From Octopus sinensis (Eukaryota), in assembly GCF_006345805.1 (NCBI RefSeq), contig NC_043016.1:13392001-13456000 (forward strand): 64,000 bases of DNA, written 5' to 3'. Shown piece after piece: positions 1-13,157 of the stretch (its first letter is position 1; each line of letters opens with the position of its first letter). A model generated the notes under the pieces. It was not told the origin of the DNA, did no database searches, and was given only the letters and a program-made list of their open reading frames with translations. A program made the position numbers and the translations under genes.

Positions 1-385
1 GTAGATGAAATACTGCCTAGCATTTCACTTGGCATGCTAACGTCTCTGCCAGCTTGCTGCTTTTGTATAAATAAATATTGTGAAATTAAAATGCATTTTT
101 AAAAATGTTTCACAAATTTTTACTTTTAATATATTATTCAATCAAAAACAGAAAGAAAGGAAAACTGATAATTGTTGCAAGGAGGGGTGGGGGCATGTGG
201 GTGTGTGGGTGTGGATGGGTGTATGTGTTTTGTGTGTCTGTGCTTGTCCCACACCACTAGTTGACAACCAGTGTTGGTGTGTTTACATCCTGGTAACTTA
301 GCAGTTCAGCAAAAGAGACTGATAAAATAAGCACCAGGCTTAAGAAAACAATAATAATAATATGCACTAGGGTTGATTCGTTTTC

Positions 386-877
<492 letters not shown>

Positions 878-1212
878 TAAAATTCAATTAAAATTCTTTA
901 CGCCAGTGCTCCTGCATGGGCACAATCCAATGGTTGGAACATGCAAAAAGTAAAGATAATATTTATATGAGGGAGTCAGGCATAGATTTCAAATTTTAAT
1001 GTAATTCAAATGATGACCTGAAAGATTGTTTATATGTGATAAGAGGTTTGATTCCCAACCATATGGTCAAGAGTTCAATCCCTCTGCATGGTATGGTACC
1101 GTACCATGGGCAAATGCCTTCTTCTATAGTTCCAGGATTACAAAATGATTGTGAGTGGATGGGGTAGATGGAAACTGAAAGAAACCTCTTTGTATATAAA
1201 TGTGTGTGTGTG

Positions 1213-1266
<54 letters not shown>

Positions 1267-1377
1267 TCTCCCACCAGTGCTTAACAACCAGTGTTGATTT
1301 CTTCAGTCCTTGTAACTTAGCTGATTGGCAAAAGAGACCAATAGAATAAGAACCATACTTAATAAAGTAAGCACTGT

Positions 1378-1720
1378 GATGGTGCATGGCTCAGTGGTTA
1401 AAGCATTGGGCTAACAATCATCAGGTAGTTTGTTCAATTCCTGGACCAAGCTGTGTGTTGTGTTCTTGAGCAAGATACTTTATTACTCATTGCTCCAGTT
1501 CACTCAGCTATAGAAATGAGTTGCGATCTCACTGGTGCCAAGCTGCATCAGTCCTTTTGCCTTTCCCTTGGATAACATTAGTGACACGGAGAGGCTGGTA
1601 TGCATGGGTGACTGCTGGTCTTCCATAGAAACAACCTTGCCCAGACTTGTACCTTGGAGTGGAACTTTCTAGATTCAATCCCATGGTCATTCATGACCGA
1701 AGTGGGTCACTACCCTTTTA
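1378..1720 (+). mobile_element. tRNA-derived SINE, family D
   Basis: A box TGGCTCAGTGG, B-box-like GTTCAATTCC, body GTGTTCTTGAGCAAGATACTT...TTGCTCCAGTTCACTCAGC shared with 24605-24785. Confidence 0.7.
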
Positions 1721-1997
1721 CTGTGGTCAATTCGTTCAATTAAAATCCTTCAAGGCATGCCTGAGTATGACCAAAATTCAATGACTGAAACAAGTAAAAG
1801 ATTGTTCATTTATTTATTTGTCTATTTATATTTATTTGTCATTGAATAAGAAAATAGCAACATCTATCTTTTATTCTCTGTGTACATAAAACTTATACCA
1901 GAACAATATTTTGCCAAATGATGCAAGGTTGCCAATAAACTTCAATGACATCATTTCATTCATAATTCCTCATATTTTTTTATCTCAATGTTTATTG

Positions 1998-2392
1998 TTT
2001 TACTCTTTTACTTGTTTCAGTCATTTGACTGTGGCCATGCTGGAGCACCACCTTTAGTCGAGCAAATCAACCCCAGGACTTATTCTTTGTGAGCCTAGTA
2101 CTTATTCTATCGGTCTCTTTTTTGCTAAACCGCTAAGTTATGGGGACGTAAACACACCAGCATCAGATGTCAAGCGATGGTGGGGGTGACAAACACAGAC
2201 ACACACATACATATATATACATATATACGAAGGGCTTCTTTCAGTTTCCATCTACCAAATCCACTCACAAGGCTTTGGTTAGCCTGAAGCTATAGCAGAA
2301 GACACTTGCCCAAGGTGCCACACAGTGGGACTGAACCAGAAACCATGTGGTTGGTAAGCAAGCTACTTACCACACAGCCACTCCTGTGCCTA
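1998..2392 (-). mobile_element. SINE family A (full length)
   Basis: Complete head-to-tail match to family A on the minus strand. Confidence 0.9.
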
Positions 2393-2567
2393 TGTTATTT
2401 TTTAAAAAAATGAAATGAAGACATCCCACCTTATCACCACTGAAAATATAAAATGCATTTCAAAAAAGCCATTAACAGAATCCCTACAAAGTAGCTCAAC
2501 AGGCTAGAGCTCCCTCAAAACACATCCTAACATCTTAGAAAAAAAAAGGTTTGGGTGGGGAAGCAAT

Positions 2568-3062
2568 ACAGGCATGGATGTGTGGTTAAGAAACCAGCTT
2601 TGCAACCGCGTGGTTTTGGGTTCAGTCCCACAACACAACAGTTTGGGCAAGTATCTTATACTATAGCATTGGGCTGACGAATATTTTGTGAGGGAATCTG
2701 GCAGATGGAAACTGTAAAGAAGCCCATCATATATATATAGACAGACAGACAGACAGACAGACGATCAGACATATAGAGAGACAGACAGATGTGTCTCTAT
2801 ATAAATGTATATATGTGTGAGTGTGTGTGTCTTGACTGTGTTTGTCACACACACACATACTATTTGATACCTGGTGTTGGTTTATTTACGTCCCTCTAGC
2901 TTAGAGATATGGCAAAAGAGACCAATGGAATAAGTACCCAACTCAAAATCAAAAGGAAGAAAACAAGACAAATGCATAAATACTGAAATTGATTTGTCTA
3001 ACTAAAACTCTTTAAGGTGCTGCCCCAGCATGGCCACAGTCCAATGACTAAAAGAATTAAGA
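2568..3062 (+). mobile_element. SINE family A, diverged copy
   Basis: Degenerate head, internal microsatellite and tail in the family A order. Confidence 0.75.
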
Positions 3063-3309
3063 AAAACAAAAATAAAAGACTATAGAGACAAACTAGTCCT
3101 CCAAACAACTTACAAAGGAGGAATGACCCTGACTCAAACATCTTATACCATTATTGTTTACTAAATCCAAGAAGATCTACATGGAATCTCCTGGTATAAA
3201 CATCAGATGAGAATTCTGGGATTTCTTGCTGAACACCATGCACAGGTGGTTGGCTTATAGTGACCAAATGTATGTGTTGTACTTTAGCTAAACTCCTCCC
3301 ATCAAATTA

Positions 3310-3482
3310 ACGTTACCTGTACAGGTGCGCAGTGTACCACATGTCGGCTGTCAAAGAGATCGCAGAGCAACATGGAATGAAGTGTTTTACTCAAGAATAC
3401 AAAGCACCATCCAGTCTGGGAATGGAACTCATGATCTTGCAATTGCGAGAGCAACATTTTAACCACTGGGCCACATGACCTC
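3310..3482 (-). mobile_element. tRNA-derived SINE, family D-like fragment
   Basis: Minus-strand tRNA-like head (GTGGCCCAGTGGTTAAAATGTTG...GAGTTCCATTCCCAG) followed by the CTTGAGTAAAACACTTCATT motif. Confidence 0.6.
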
Positions 3483-3534
3483 ACAAGGGCTCTAAATGAT
3501 CTAGAGCTAAACAATAAACAACTATGATCAAAAC

Positions 3535-3565
<31 letters not shown>

Positions 3566-3875
3566 TATCTCGTGCACAGAATCATATTTTTCAAGTGATT
3601 TCATCCATGCGCAAATAACCTCTCCAATGTTAACATCATGATTTAAATGAAAACGAGGGCAATGTGAAAAATAATATAAAACAAAGAAACAAGGTCGCTC
3701 GGCAGATGTTAAAATGGTCGGCTAATGTTGTTGTTGCTAAACAGTTTACATCATAAATGTTGCAGCCAAATATTTATCCAAAGCTTTATATTTAGAGAAT
3801 AAAAATATAGAAATATGTGCGAATGAACCTGAATGAATGTATGTGTGCACGTATGTGTATATATATATATATATA

Positions 3876-4286
3876 GGCGCAGGAGTGGCTGTGTGGTAAG
3901 TAGCTTGCTAACCAACCACATGGTTCCGGGTTCAGTCCCACTGCGTGGCATGTTGGGCAAGTGTCTTCTGCTATAGCCCCGGGCCGACCAAAGTCTTGTG
4001 AGTGGATTTGGTAGACGGAAACTGAAAGAAGCCTGTCGTATATATGTATATATATGTATACATGTATGTGTGTGTGTGTTTGTGTGCCTGTGTTTGTCCC
4101 CCTAGCATTGTTTGACAACCGATGCTGGTGTGTTTACGTCCCCGTCACCTAGCGGTTCGGCAAAAGAGACCGATAGAATAAGTACTGGGCTTACAAAGAA
4201 TAAGTCCCGGGGTCGATTTGCTCGACTAAAGGCGGTGCTCCAGCATGGCCGCAGTCAAATGACTGAAACAAGTAAAAGAGTAAGAG
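3876..4286 (+). mobile_element. SINE family A (young, full length)
   Basis: A box TGGCTGTGTGG (3886), B box GGTTCAGTCC (3929), CORE-like TTGGGCAAGTGTCTT, internal (TA)/(TG) tract, AAAAGAGT tail; (TA)n on both flanks. Confidence 0.93.
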
Positions 4287-4609
4287 TATATATATATATA
4301 TATATATGGAGAAATAGAGAGAGATAGATACCTAAGCAAACAGAGAGAGGGAGTGAGATATACATATATATAAATATACGCACATATATATATGTATATG
4401 TTCATACATATATGCATGCATGCATGCATACGTACATACATACATACATATATACAAACATACAAACATGTCTGGTGTTAGATACTGTCATTGATGTTTA
4501 AGATCCTCCTAAAGCAAGCTCGATGGAATTTTTCCAAGACTTTGATGTGATGACAGGAAGTAGTCCTATTATCAGGAGAATATAAAAGGGTAGTTAAGAT
4601 GCACAATTC

Positions 4610-4643
<34 letters not shown>

Positions 4644-4666
4644 TATACACACACACACACACACAC

Positions 4667-5365
4667 ATCATCATCATCATCATCATCATTGTCTCTTAAT
4701 ATCCGTTTTTCCATGCTGGCATGGGTTGGATGGATCAACAGAGGACTGGCAAGCCAGAAGGCTGCAACACTCTCCAATCTGATCTGGCAAGTTTCTACAA
4801 CTGGATGCCCTTCCTAACGTCAACCACTCCAAGAGTGTTTTTGTGCTTTTTACATGCCACCGGCATGAGGGCCAGTCAGGCAGTACTGGCATCAAATATC
4901 CTCAAATGGTGCTTTTTACATGCCACTGGTACAGGAGCCAGTTAGGTGGCACTGGCAACGACCATGCTCAAATGGTGCTTTTTACGCACCACTGGCACAG
5001 AAGCCAGTCAGGCTTCACTGGCAATGATCATGCTTGAATGGTGCTTTTTACATGCCACAGGCATGGGTGCGAATCAGGCAGTATTGTCATCGGCCATGAT
5101 GATTTCACTTGCCACAAGAAGTCTTCATAAGTACAGTTTATTGCCCAATAATTGAAGGACACTCTTAAATGGGCTGGTTATGTCACACTGGCATAGGCCA
5201 TGGTTACGGTCTCACTTGGCTTGCTGAGTCTTCTCAAGCACAGTATATCTCCAAAGGTCTCAGTCACTTGTCATTGCCTCAGTGAGGCCTGATGTTCAAA
5301 GGTCGTGTTTCACCACCTCATCCCAGGTTTTCCTGGGTCTACCTCTTCCCAGGTTCCCACAACTG
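4667..5365 (-). mobile_element. RTE-clade LINE 3' fragment (family C)
   Basis: (GAT)n tail, GGAAGGGCATCC motif, tandem 3' UTR modules and the last ORF codons (GRGRPRKTWDEVVKHDL). Confidence 0.85.
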
Positions 5366-5373
5366 CTATTTTG

Positions 5374-5497
5374 GAATTCCTCTTTGAAGGATATTCCAAT
5401 ACCTTCTAGGAAAGAATATATTTTGAAACTTATTAATAATATTAAGGATTTTGTTTCTAGAATTAAATGGAAAGCCTTAAATTATTTAAATTATTTT
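5374..5497 (+). pseudogene. Penelope-like element ORF fragment
   Basis: SLKDIPIPSRKEYILKLINNIKDFVSRIKWKA resembles the 'SLKNIPIPS..Y...LI.....F..RMRWKA' motif I recall upstream of the RT in invertebrate PLEs. Confidence 0.6.
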
Positions 5498-5587
5498 TAA
5501 CTTTTATATTTTTAAATTAATTTTATGTATTGGCTTATGTTTTTCACTGTTTGATTTGCCTAATAGTGGTTTTATCTCTAATTTAAT

Positions 5588-5659
<72 letters not shown>

Positions 5660-5663
<4 letters not shown>

Positions 5664-5962
5664 AAAAGCACCATCCGATCGTGGCCGTTGCCAGCCTCGC
5701 CTGGCCTCTGTGCCGTTGGCACGTAAAAAGCACCATCCGACCGTGGCCGTTTGCCAGACTTGTCTGGCACCTGTGCAGGTGGCACGTAAAAAGCACCCAC
5801 TACACTCATGGAGTGGTTGGCATTAGGAAGGGCATCCAGCTGTAGAAACATTGCCAGATCAGACTGGGCCTGGTGCAGCCTTCTGGCTTCCCAGACTCCA
5901 GTTGCACCGTCCAACCCATGCCAGCACGGAAAGCGGACGCTAAACGATGATGATGATGATGA
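5660..5962 (+). mobile_element. RTE family C 3' end
   Basis: Tandem modules, GGAAGGGCATCC, CCAACCCATGCCAGCACGG...(GAT)n tail; preceded by (TA)n. Confidence 0.88.
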
Positions 5963-6199
5963 TATGTATATATTCATGTATCTGTTATTTGTGTCTGCGT
6001 TTGTCCCCCACCACCACCATTGCTTGACCACCGATGTTGGTGTGTTTATGTCCCTGTCATCTAGCTGCTCAGCAAAAGAGACCAATAAAATAAGTACTAG
6101 GCTTACAAAGAATAACTCCTGAGGTCAATTTGTTCAACTAAAGGTGGTTCTCCAGCATAGCCACAGTGAAATGGCTGAAACAAGTAAAAGAGTAAAAGA

Positions 6200-6247
<48 letters not shown>

Positions 6248-6249
6248 GA

Positions 6250-6285
<36 letters not shown>

Positions 6286-6297
6286 GGCATACATACA

Positions 6298-6700
6298 TTG
6301 TTGGCATCCTTTTTGTCTCGGGAGACAATGGAGTTGCGCATAAAATAATCTAGTCCAGCTTTTACATCTCATGTCCTAATACATCTCCTGCTGTGGCTGT
6401 GTAGTCCTATCCTGGACAAACACTCCCTCTGGCAGGTGCTGCAAATGTAGCGAAGACTGTTCCTGGCTGGTTGTAATGCCATACTTTCTTGTTGACGTCT
6501 CTTCTTTTCTTTCCATTTCTCCTCTCTCTCTCCCTCTGTCACTCCTTTGTGTCCCCTCTTTTACGGTACGTTGCCAATCTCCACAGTTGCTGGCAACTGT
6601 TTCCCAGTTGCTAATATTGATGTCGCAGGCCTTCACGTCCCTTTTGCAAACATCCTTGTATCGTAAGAACGGTCTTCCCACAGACCTAGTGCCTCTGGTT
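6298..6700 (-). mobile_element. BovB-like RTE LINE 3' fragment
   Basis: RGTRSVGRPFLRYKDVCKRDVKACDINISNWE, then frameshifted CSTCQRECLSRIGLHSHSRRC finger and tail ATTGTCTCCCGAGACAAAAAGGATGCCAACAA. Confidence 0.88.
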
Positions 6701-7394
6701 ATACATACATACATACAATGGGCTTCTTTCAGTTTCCAGCATCCAGATGCACTCACAAGACTTTTGTCAACCTTGTCAATAAGTAAATTTGTATTATACT
6801 ATCATATCTGTCTGGGTATCATTTTTACAACAGACACAACCAATCAGACTTGTACAACATTACCATCAGAATTTGAATTTTGATTGTTAGGTTTATAAAT
6901 CATCAGTCAAGTGTTTATTTCGTTTGTGATTAGCATGTGTTTTCTGCATATATCTTTAGTTTTGTGCTGTGCTATGAATGTTGCTTCCATCCATAATTGG
7001 CTAAAAGGCTCTTTTATTAAAGAATTTCACCACTGATACTTTATATTTATGTGGACGTTCAGTGTTTTATTGTACGAAGTGTACAAATGTGTAAAGTATA
7101 ATTGAACAGGTTCTTCTCTAGCTTGACTGGGTGTTTTGCCTTTCAACACACCAGATGAAAAGGCATAGGACTACTTCATAATTGCACAATATTTCAAAAG
7201 AAATTAATCTTTTTGATTGCTTGACAAAATCTCGTTTGGGAAGTAAGGCATGCTATGTTTCTTGTAATTTGTCTCATTTGAAAAGATTGGCAAGATGTGA
7301 GATGTAGAGTGTTATGCAGTAAATTTACTGGGGTGGTTTGTGAGTGGCTGCATAGAAAAATCAAATGAAATCTTACAGCATAGATGCAGACATG

Positions 7395-7541
7395 TCTATG
7401 TGGTCAGAAATTTGTTTCCCAATCAGATGGATCCAGATTCAATCCCACTGTGTGGCACTTGAGCTAAATGTCTTCAAATATAGCCCATGGCTGACCAAAG
7501 CCTTGTAAGTGGATTTGGGTGACAGAAACTGAAAGAAGCTC

Positions 7542-7576
<35 letters not shown>

Positions 7577-8022
7577 GATGAGCTTCTTTATATATATTTT
7601 CTATTTTCTCTCCCTGTTTATTTCTGTGTTCTTTTCTGTTGAAGAGCATAGGCTCGAAACATAAAAGACTGTCTTACTTCCTGAGTATTAAACTAATACA
7701 TTTGTTTGTTGTTTACTCATTCATCTTCGTCTTTTGTTTTTTTTGTAAATTTTCACTATATGTATGTATATGTAAGTGTGTGGTGTATGTGTGTGGATGT
7801 GTGTGTGTGAGAGAGAGAGTGTGTCTGTATGTTCGTGCCCCACCATCTCTTGACAACTGATGTTGGTTTGTTTGCATCCCCATAACTTAGCAGTTCAGCA
7901 AAAGAGACCAATATAATAAATAATTTCAAAAAAATAAGTACAGGGAATCAATTTATTTGACTAAAATTCTTCAAAGTAGTGCTCTAGCATGGCCATCGTT
8001 TAATGAGTGAAACAAGTAAAAG
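7395..8022 (+). mobile_element. SINE family A interrupted by a PLE LTR relic
   Basis: Family A 5' and 3' halves flank a ~180 bp insert located in the internal microsatellite. Confidence 0.75.
7590..7770 (+). mobile_element. Penelope-type LTR relic with hammerhead-like motif (family H1)
   Basis: CTGTTGAAGAGCATAGGCTCGAAACATAAAAGAC at 7636; surrounding sequence homologous to 17570-17715 and 24790-25020. Confidence 0.7.
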
Positions 8023-8129
8023 ATTAAAATATTAAAAAAAGATATATTCATAAAAGCTCAAGCTACGTGCCCACTTTTACAGTTAATCAACCCCAAACTG
8101 TGGGCCGTTTCAGTTTCCTTTATCTGTCA

Positions 8130-9118
8130 TTCTCTTATTGAATGTAAAAGTGTGTAGCTTTGTGGTTTGGTGTTGTACTTATGATTGCAAAATTATGGCA
8201 TCAGTTCCTACACTGTTATGGCACTGAGACATGGTCTGTGACTACTGAGGACATGCAAAAGCTTGAAAGAGATGAAGCCAGTATTCTCTGCTGGATGTGT
8301 AATGTCAATGTGCAATATATATGACAGAGTGTGATTTGAAAGAAAAATTGTGTATATGAGGCATCAAATGTAGTAGAAGACTGCTGATATGGTCATGTGA
8401 TGCATCAAACAGGTGTCAATCTCTGTGGAGGGAACATGTGGAAAGGGGTAGACCCAGGAATAAGTGGTGGGAAAGGATCTTGAAATGCTGGAGGGAATGA
8501 CAGGACAGAGACTCTTGGCAGCTTGAGAAGACCTGCCAAGCTAAGTAAAAACGTGGTTGTCCTTGCATACAGGCTTCTCCCCTGCATCCCTCTCTAGCCA
8601 AGCATTCCTAATCTTGCAGACTCATGGGTGCTGGTGGCACATAAACACACCCATACTGGTACTGAGTAAAAGGGTACCATGTCTTTTCGTCCAACATCAC
8701 TTTGTCAAACATCTTTACATCCACATCTTTTGGTCCATCTTTTTGTCCAATGACTTTTTTGTCCAACAACAAATTCTATCAATAAGATTCTGAATGGTTA
8801 TTTGATTTTGATGTTCAGCCTGTTTTCTAAAGAATTTATTTAGAATTGGACAAAATGTCATTGGACAAAAAAATCATTTGGCAAAAAGACATCGGACCAA
8901 AAGACAAGGACAAAGTGACATTGGACAAAGTGACATCAGATAAAAAGTTGGTTTACAGTGTAAAAGCACCCAGTACACTCTGGAAAGTGGCTGGCATTAG
9001 GAAGGGCATCCAACCATAGAAACCACACCAAAACAGACAACTGGAGCCTGAATAGCCCTTCAACTGGTCAGCTCCTGACTAACTGCCCAACTCATGTCAG
9101 CACAGAAAACGGACAATG
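8130..9118 (+). mobile_element. Older RTE family C 3' fragment with a MITE inserted
   Basis: Decayed thumb region (LYGTETWSVTTEDMQKLER; VEGTCG.GRP), 3' UTR and GGAAGGGCATCC. Confidence 0.75.
8673..8957. mobile_element. Foldback MITE, MULE-like
   Basis: Long imperfect TIRs built from TTGTCCAA / TTGGACAA repeats; 9-bp flanking duplication GAGTAAAAG / GTGTAAAAG (8/9). Confidence 0.65.
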
Positions 9119-9189
9119 ACGGGGGTCCTGGAAAAAGTTTTAGGGGCTGTTTTTTGACTTGAGTCATTAAAATCATTTCACATTTTGGC

Positions 9190-9390
9190 ACAGGAACAGC
9201 AATATTGAAGGGACAGGTTTAGTCAATACCATCAAACCCAGTGCATGACTGGTGCTTTATTTTATGGCCCCCTCTGGGGTCCATAAAGTGAAGTCAACCC
9301 CAGTAGAATTTGAATGTAAAGAGTCAGAAGAAATACCACCAAGCATTTTATCCGATGCTCCACCAATTCTGCCAGCTCTTTGCCTTAATA
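9190..9390 (-). mobile_element. SINE family B, diverged
   Basis: Head GGCAGAATTGGTGGAGCATCGG...AAATGCTTGGTGG and decayed GTTGACTTCACTTT body. Confidence 0.6.
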
Positions 9391-9666
9391 AAGTCATTAA
9401 AATTAAAAATAAAATATAAAGTAATGTGAATGTGCATGGTCGATTATTATAACCATTTGACGTCAAGGGTAGAGAGAAATAAGGATGGAATAGTGTAAAG
9501 CTACATGAAAAGGTAGAGTAAACCTGAACGAACTGTTTGGTAAGCAGGATCATTTGAAATATCACCTGGTGTGTGCATGAGAGATGACTGCACTGGTGGT
9601 GTGGACATGCGGCATGCAAATGGAGGAAGGGCTCCAGGTGAATGAGTGTCTTGTATGTGCTATTGG

Positions 9667-9950
9667 GGGATGGTGGTGGTACGGATAACGATGCCGATGA
9701 CAATGTTGATGATGATGATGATGATGACGATGACGGCGATGTCGGTAATGATGTTGATGAGGAGGAGGAGAAGGAGGATAATGATGAAGATGATGATGAC
9801 AACAATGACAACACCAGTAACAGCAATGATGACAATGACAACAATAATCACAATGATGTTGATGATGACAATGATGATGATGATGATGATGACATCGATG
9901 ACAAAGACGACAACAATAACAATGATGGTGGTGGTGGTGGTGGTGGTGGT

Positions 9951-9983
<33 letters not shown>

Positions 9984-10111
9984 GTGATGGTGGTGGTGGT
10001 GGTGGTGATGATGATGATATGATAGTGATGATGATGGTGGTGGTGGTGGTGGTGATGATGATGATGATTACGATGATGATTACAATGATGATGATGATGA
10101 CGACGATGGCA

Positions 10112-10145
<34 letters not shown>

Positions 10146-10205
10146 CGATGATGATGAAGGCAATGACAACAACAACAACAACGACACAATGACACTGATA
10201 ATGAT
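9667..10205. repeat. Compound (GAT)n/(GGT)n/(AAC)n low-complexity tract
   Basis: Visible trinucleotide runs. Confidence 0.95.
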
Positions 10206-10788
10206 AAACGGTGTAAGCATGTATGACATAGTTACCAATAATAACATATTGTCAGCAATGTCGGTGATTCCTCTCAAAAAAAAAAAACAAGTAAAAGAAA
10301 GATTTTTTTCTTTTATTTTCATTTATGTATTTATATACTTGACGCCTAATAAAGAAACTATTTATCATTCCCATAGAAAATATGGTTGCTTTCTCTCTTG
10401 AACATACCATCAAGAAGAAGCAACCATTTATACTTTTCTTACTGTTTATTTTGGTTGGGGCTGGGGTTGAGTGGGGGGGGGGTTCCTATTCAGTTTGAAA
10501 ATATCATATTTTAATACCAGAAATTTAAGTTAAAAGGACACTTTTTTTGTAAAAAAAAAAAATCAGTAAATTGTTTTGGACAAAATACTTGTTTTTCAAA
10601 TTCCTCATCATTAAATTATTTCATTTGGTCCAAATTACTCAGAAAAAAATTTTTTTTTTTTTTAAAATAAGTTTGGGAATGAAAAATTATCATCGCAAAG
10701 TATGACTAATATTAACCCTAACACAACACTCTCTCTCTCACACACACTCACACATGAACATACACACACATACACTCACACACACATG

Positions 10789-10827
<39 letters not shown>

Positions 10828-11098
10828 TAACAGGTTTTGATTTATAATGTTAGTTATGCTTGTAAAATTAGTATGTCTGTTCTGTAAATAATTTCTCCAG
10901 ATTTTGGCCAACACAACTGACAGCTGTTTTTTTTCATGTGTAACTGTTTTGACATTAAGATGTCTCATCAATTGGCCAAGTTATTATATTTCAAATTTGA
11001 ATTTATTCATTTAAAAAGATTTTGTTGTTTTCATTTGGTCCCAAGTCAGCTCTGACTGGGTAGGTTTGCAATCAAAAGAAACCATTCTTTCTGTCGTC

Positions 11099-11129
<31 letters not shown>

Positions 11130-11624
11130 GCTTTTTGAAGATGGCACAGCATGATTTAATCTTTTAGCATTTAAACTGGCCGTTTCCAGCCCAAATATTC
11201 TGCCTATTTTATGTTTAAACCAGCCAGATCCAGCCTCTCACACCTACCAATCAAAGCCTCATGATTTGGTAGATTAGAAACTGTGGAAACCAGTCGTGTG
11301 TGAGTGTGTGTATGCTTTGTCCCCTTGTGGGAAATAAAAAATCAGTGTGTGTGTGTGCATGTGTGCATGTGTATGCATGTATGCATATATGTGTGAATGC
11401 ATGTGTGCGTGTGTGTGTGTGTGTACATGTGCATGCATTCATGTGTATGCAAGTGTGTATGCATGTGTGCATGCATGTGTGTGCGTGTAGGTTTGGCAAT
11501 GCAAACACAAAAGATAGAATTCAAAGCAATTGTGTATTTTATAAAGTTTAGCCTTAGCATCTGATCTCTCATTCCTTCTCTCTCGCTTTCTCACTATCTC
11601 CTCTTTCCCTCTTCCCCACCTCCA

Positions 11625-11658
<34 letters not shown>

Positions 11659-11699
11659 TTAATATATTATATATATTATTATATATACCATATATTTAT

Positions 11700-12225
11700 A
11701 TCATCATCATCATCATCAACATCATCGTTTAATGTCCGCTTTCCATGCTAGCATGTGTTGGACGATTTTGACTGAGGGCTAGCGAACCAGATGGTTGCAC
11801 CAGTCTCCAATCTAGATTTGGCTGAGTTTCTACAGCTGGATGCCCTTCCTAACGCCAACCACTTTACAGAGTGTAGTGGATGCTTATATAAGAGAGAGAA
11901 GATTGTGCTGTTACAGTCATGTAATGCATATCAATGAAGACAGTTGCACCAAGAGGTGCCGATCTCTAATTGTAGAGGGAACATGTGGAAGGGGCAAACC
12001 CAGGAACACATGGGACAAAGTGATGAGAAAGGATCTACAGACATTGGGACTCACTGAGGGATGACAGGAGACTGAAACCCTTGGCAGTTTGCTGTGCTTG
12101 AAGAGACATACCAAGCCAAGTAAAACCATGAATGCCCTTGCATACAGGCTTGTCCCCTGCATCCCTCTTCAGTTGAGCATACCTAATATTGTGGGATCAT
12201 GGGTGCTGATAGTATATAAAAAGCA
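11700..12225. mobile_element. RTE family C copy with internal inversion
   Basis: Tail segment on minus (11700-11888) joined to the upstream ORF end and 3' UTR on plus (11889-12225). Confidence 0.7.
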
Positions 12226-12272
12226 CAAGTGCTACGTAATTACACCACTCAAATTTGTTTCAAGATTTAATT

Positions 12273-12397
12273 TGAGTCTATGTATATTTTTATTAATATT
12301 TAGCAGAAGTAATAGAGTGACTCAATGCACGAAACTCTCGGACTTTGAGTCACTCTGTTACTTCTGCTAAATATTAACAAAAATATACATAGACTCA
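12273..12397. repeat. Near-perfect inverted repeat (53-bp arms, 19-nt loop)
   Basis: Arms 12273-12325 and 12345-12397 differ at 2 positions. Confidence 0.95.
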
Positions 12398-12492
12398 CGT
12401 TCTGTGTTCTATTTTTTCTGTTTGCATCAACATACCTGTATGTATATATATATGTGTGTATTTGCGTGTGTTTATATATATATATACATGTG

Positions 12493-12530
<38 letters not shown>

Positions 12531-12944
12531 TACACACACATGCACATACACACACACACACATACACACATGCAAACATATATATATATTCAATGTATAT
12601 TGTCCATGATACAGTGCCACACACGTTTGCCTACTACTTTATTGTATAACAAAATGTTTTTATACACACCAAGAAAAGGAAATCTTTCACTGCAAACATG
12701 TTTCTTTAACAGATTCTACAAAGCGAAACAAGTTAATAATACCCAACACTTCTAATGATATCCTGTGTGATTACTTCAAGGATCCTGAGGAGAAAAGAGA
12801 CCTGATTTATGAACTCTAATAGGCACCTTCTATTTGAGGGAGATTTTGCTACTAATTCAGTCAAGTAGGTTGAATGACCACAAAAATGTTCCCTCATTGG
12901 CTCATTAATATATCACCTGTAAGATCTGATCTGATAGCTAGCTA

Positions 12945-13157
<213 letters not shown>

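Noticed and set aside
3876-3950. tRNA-like sequences at SINE heads
   Set aside because: A and B boxes are present, but there is no complete cloverleaf and each continues into a SINE body.
7124-7170. Possible H-type pseudoknot
   Set aside because: The connecting loop is too short to span the 9-bp stem; likely chance complementarity.
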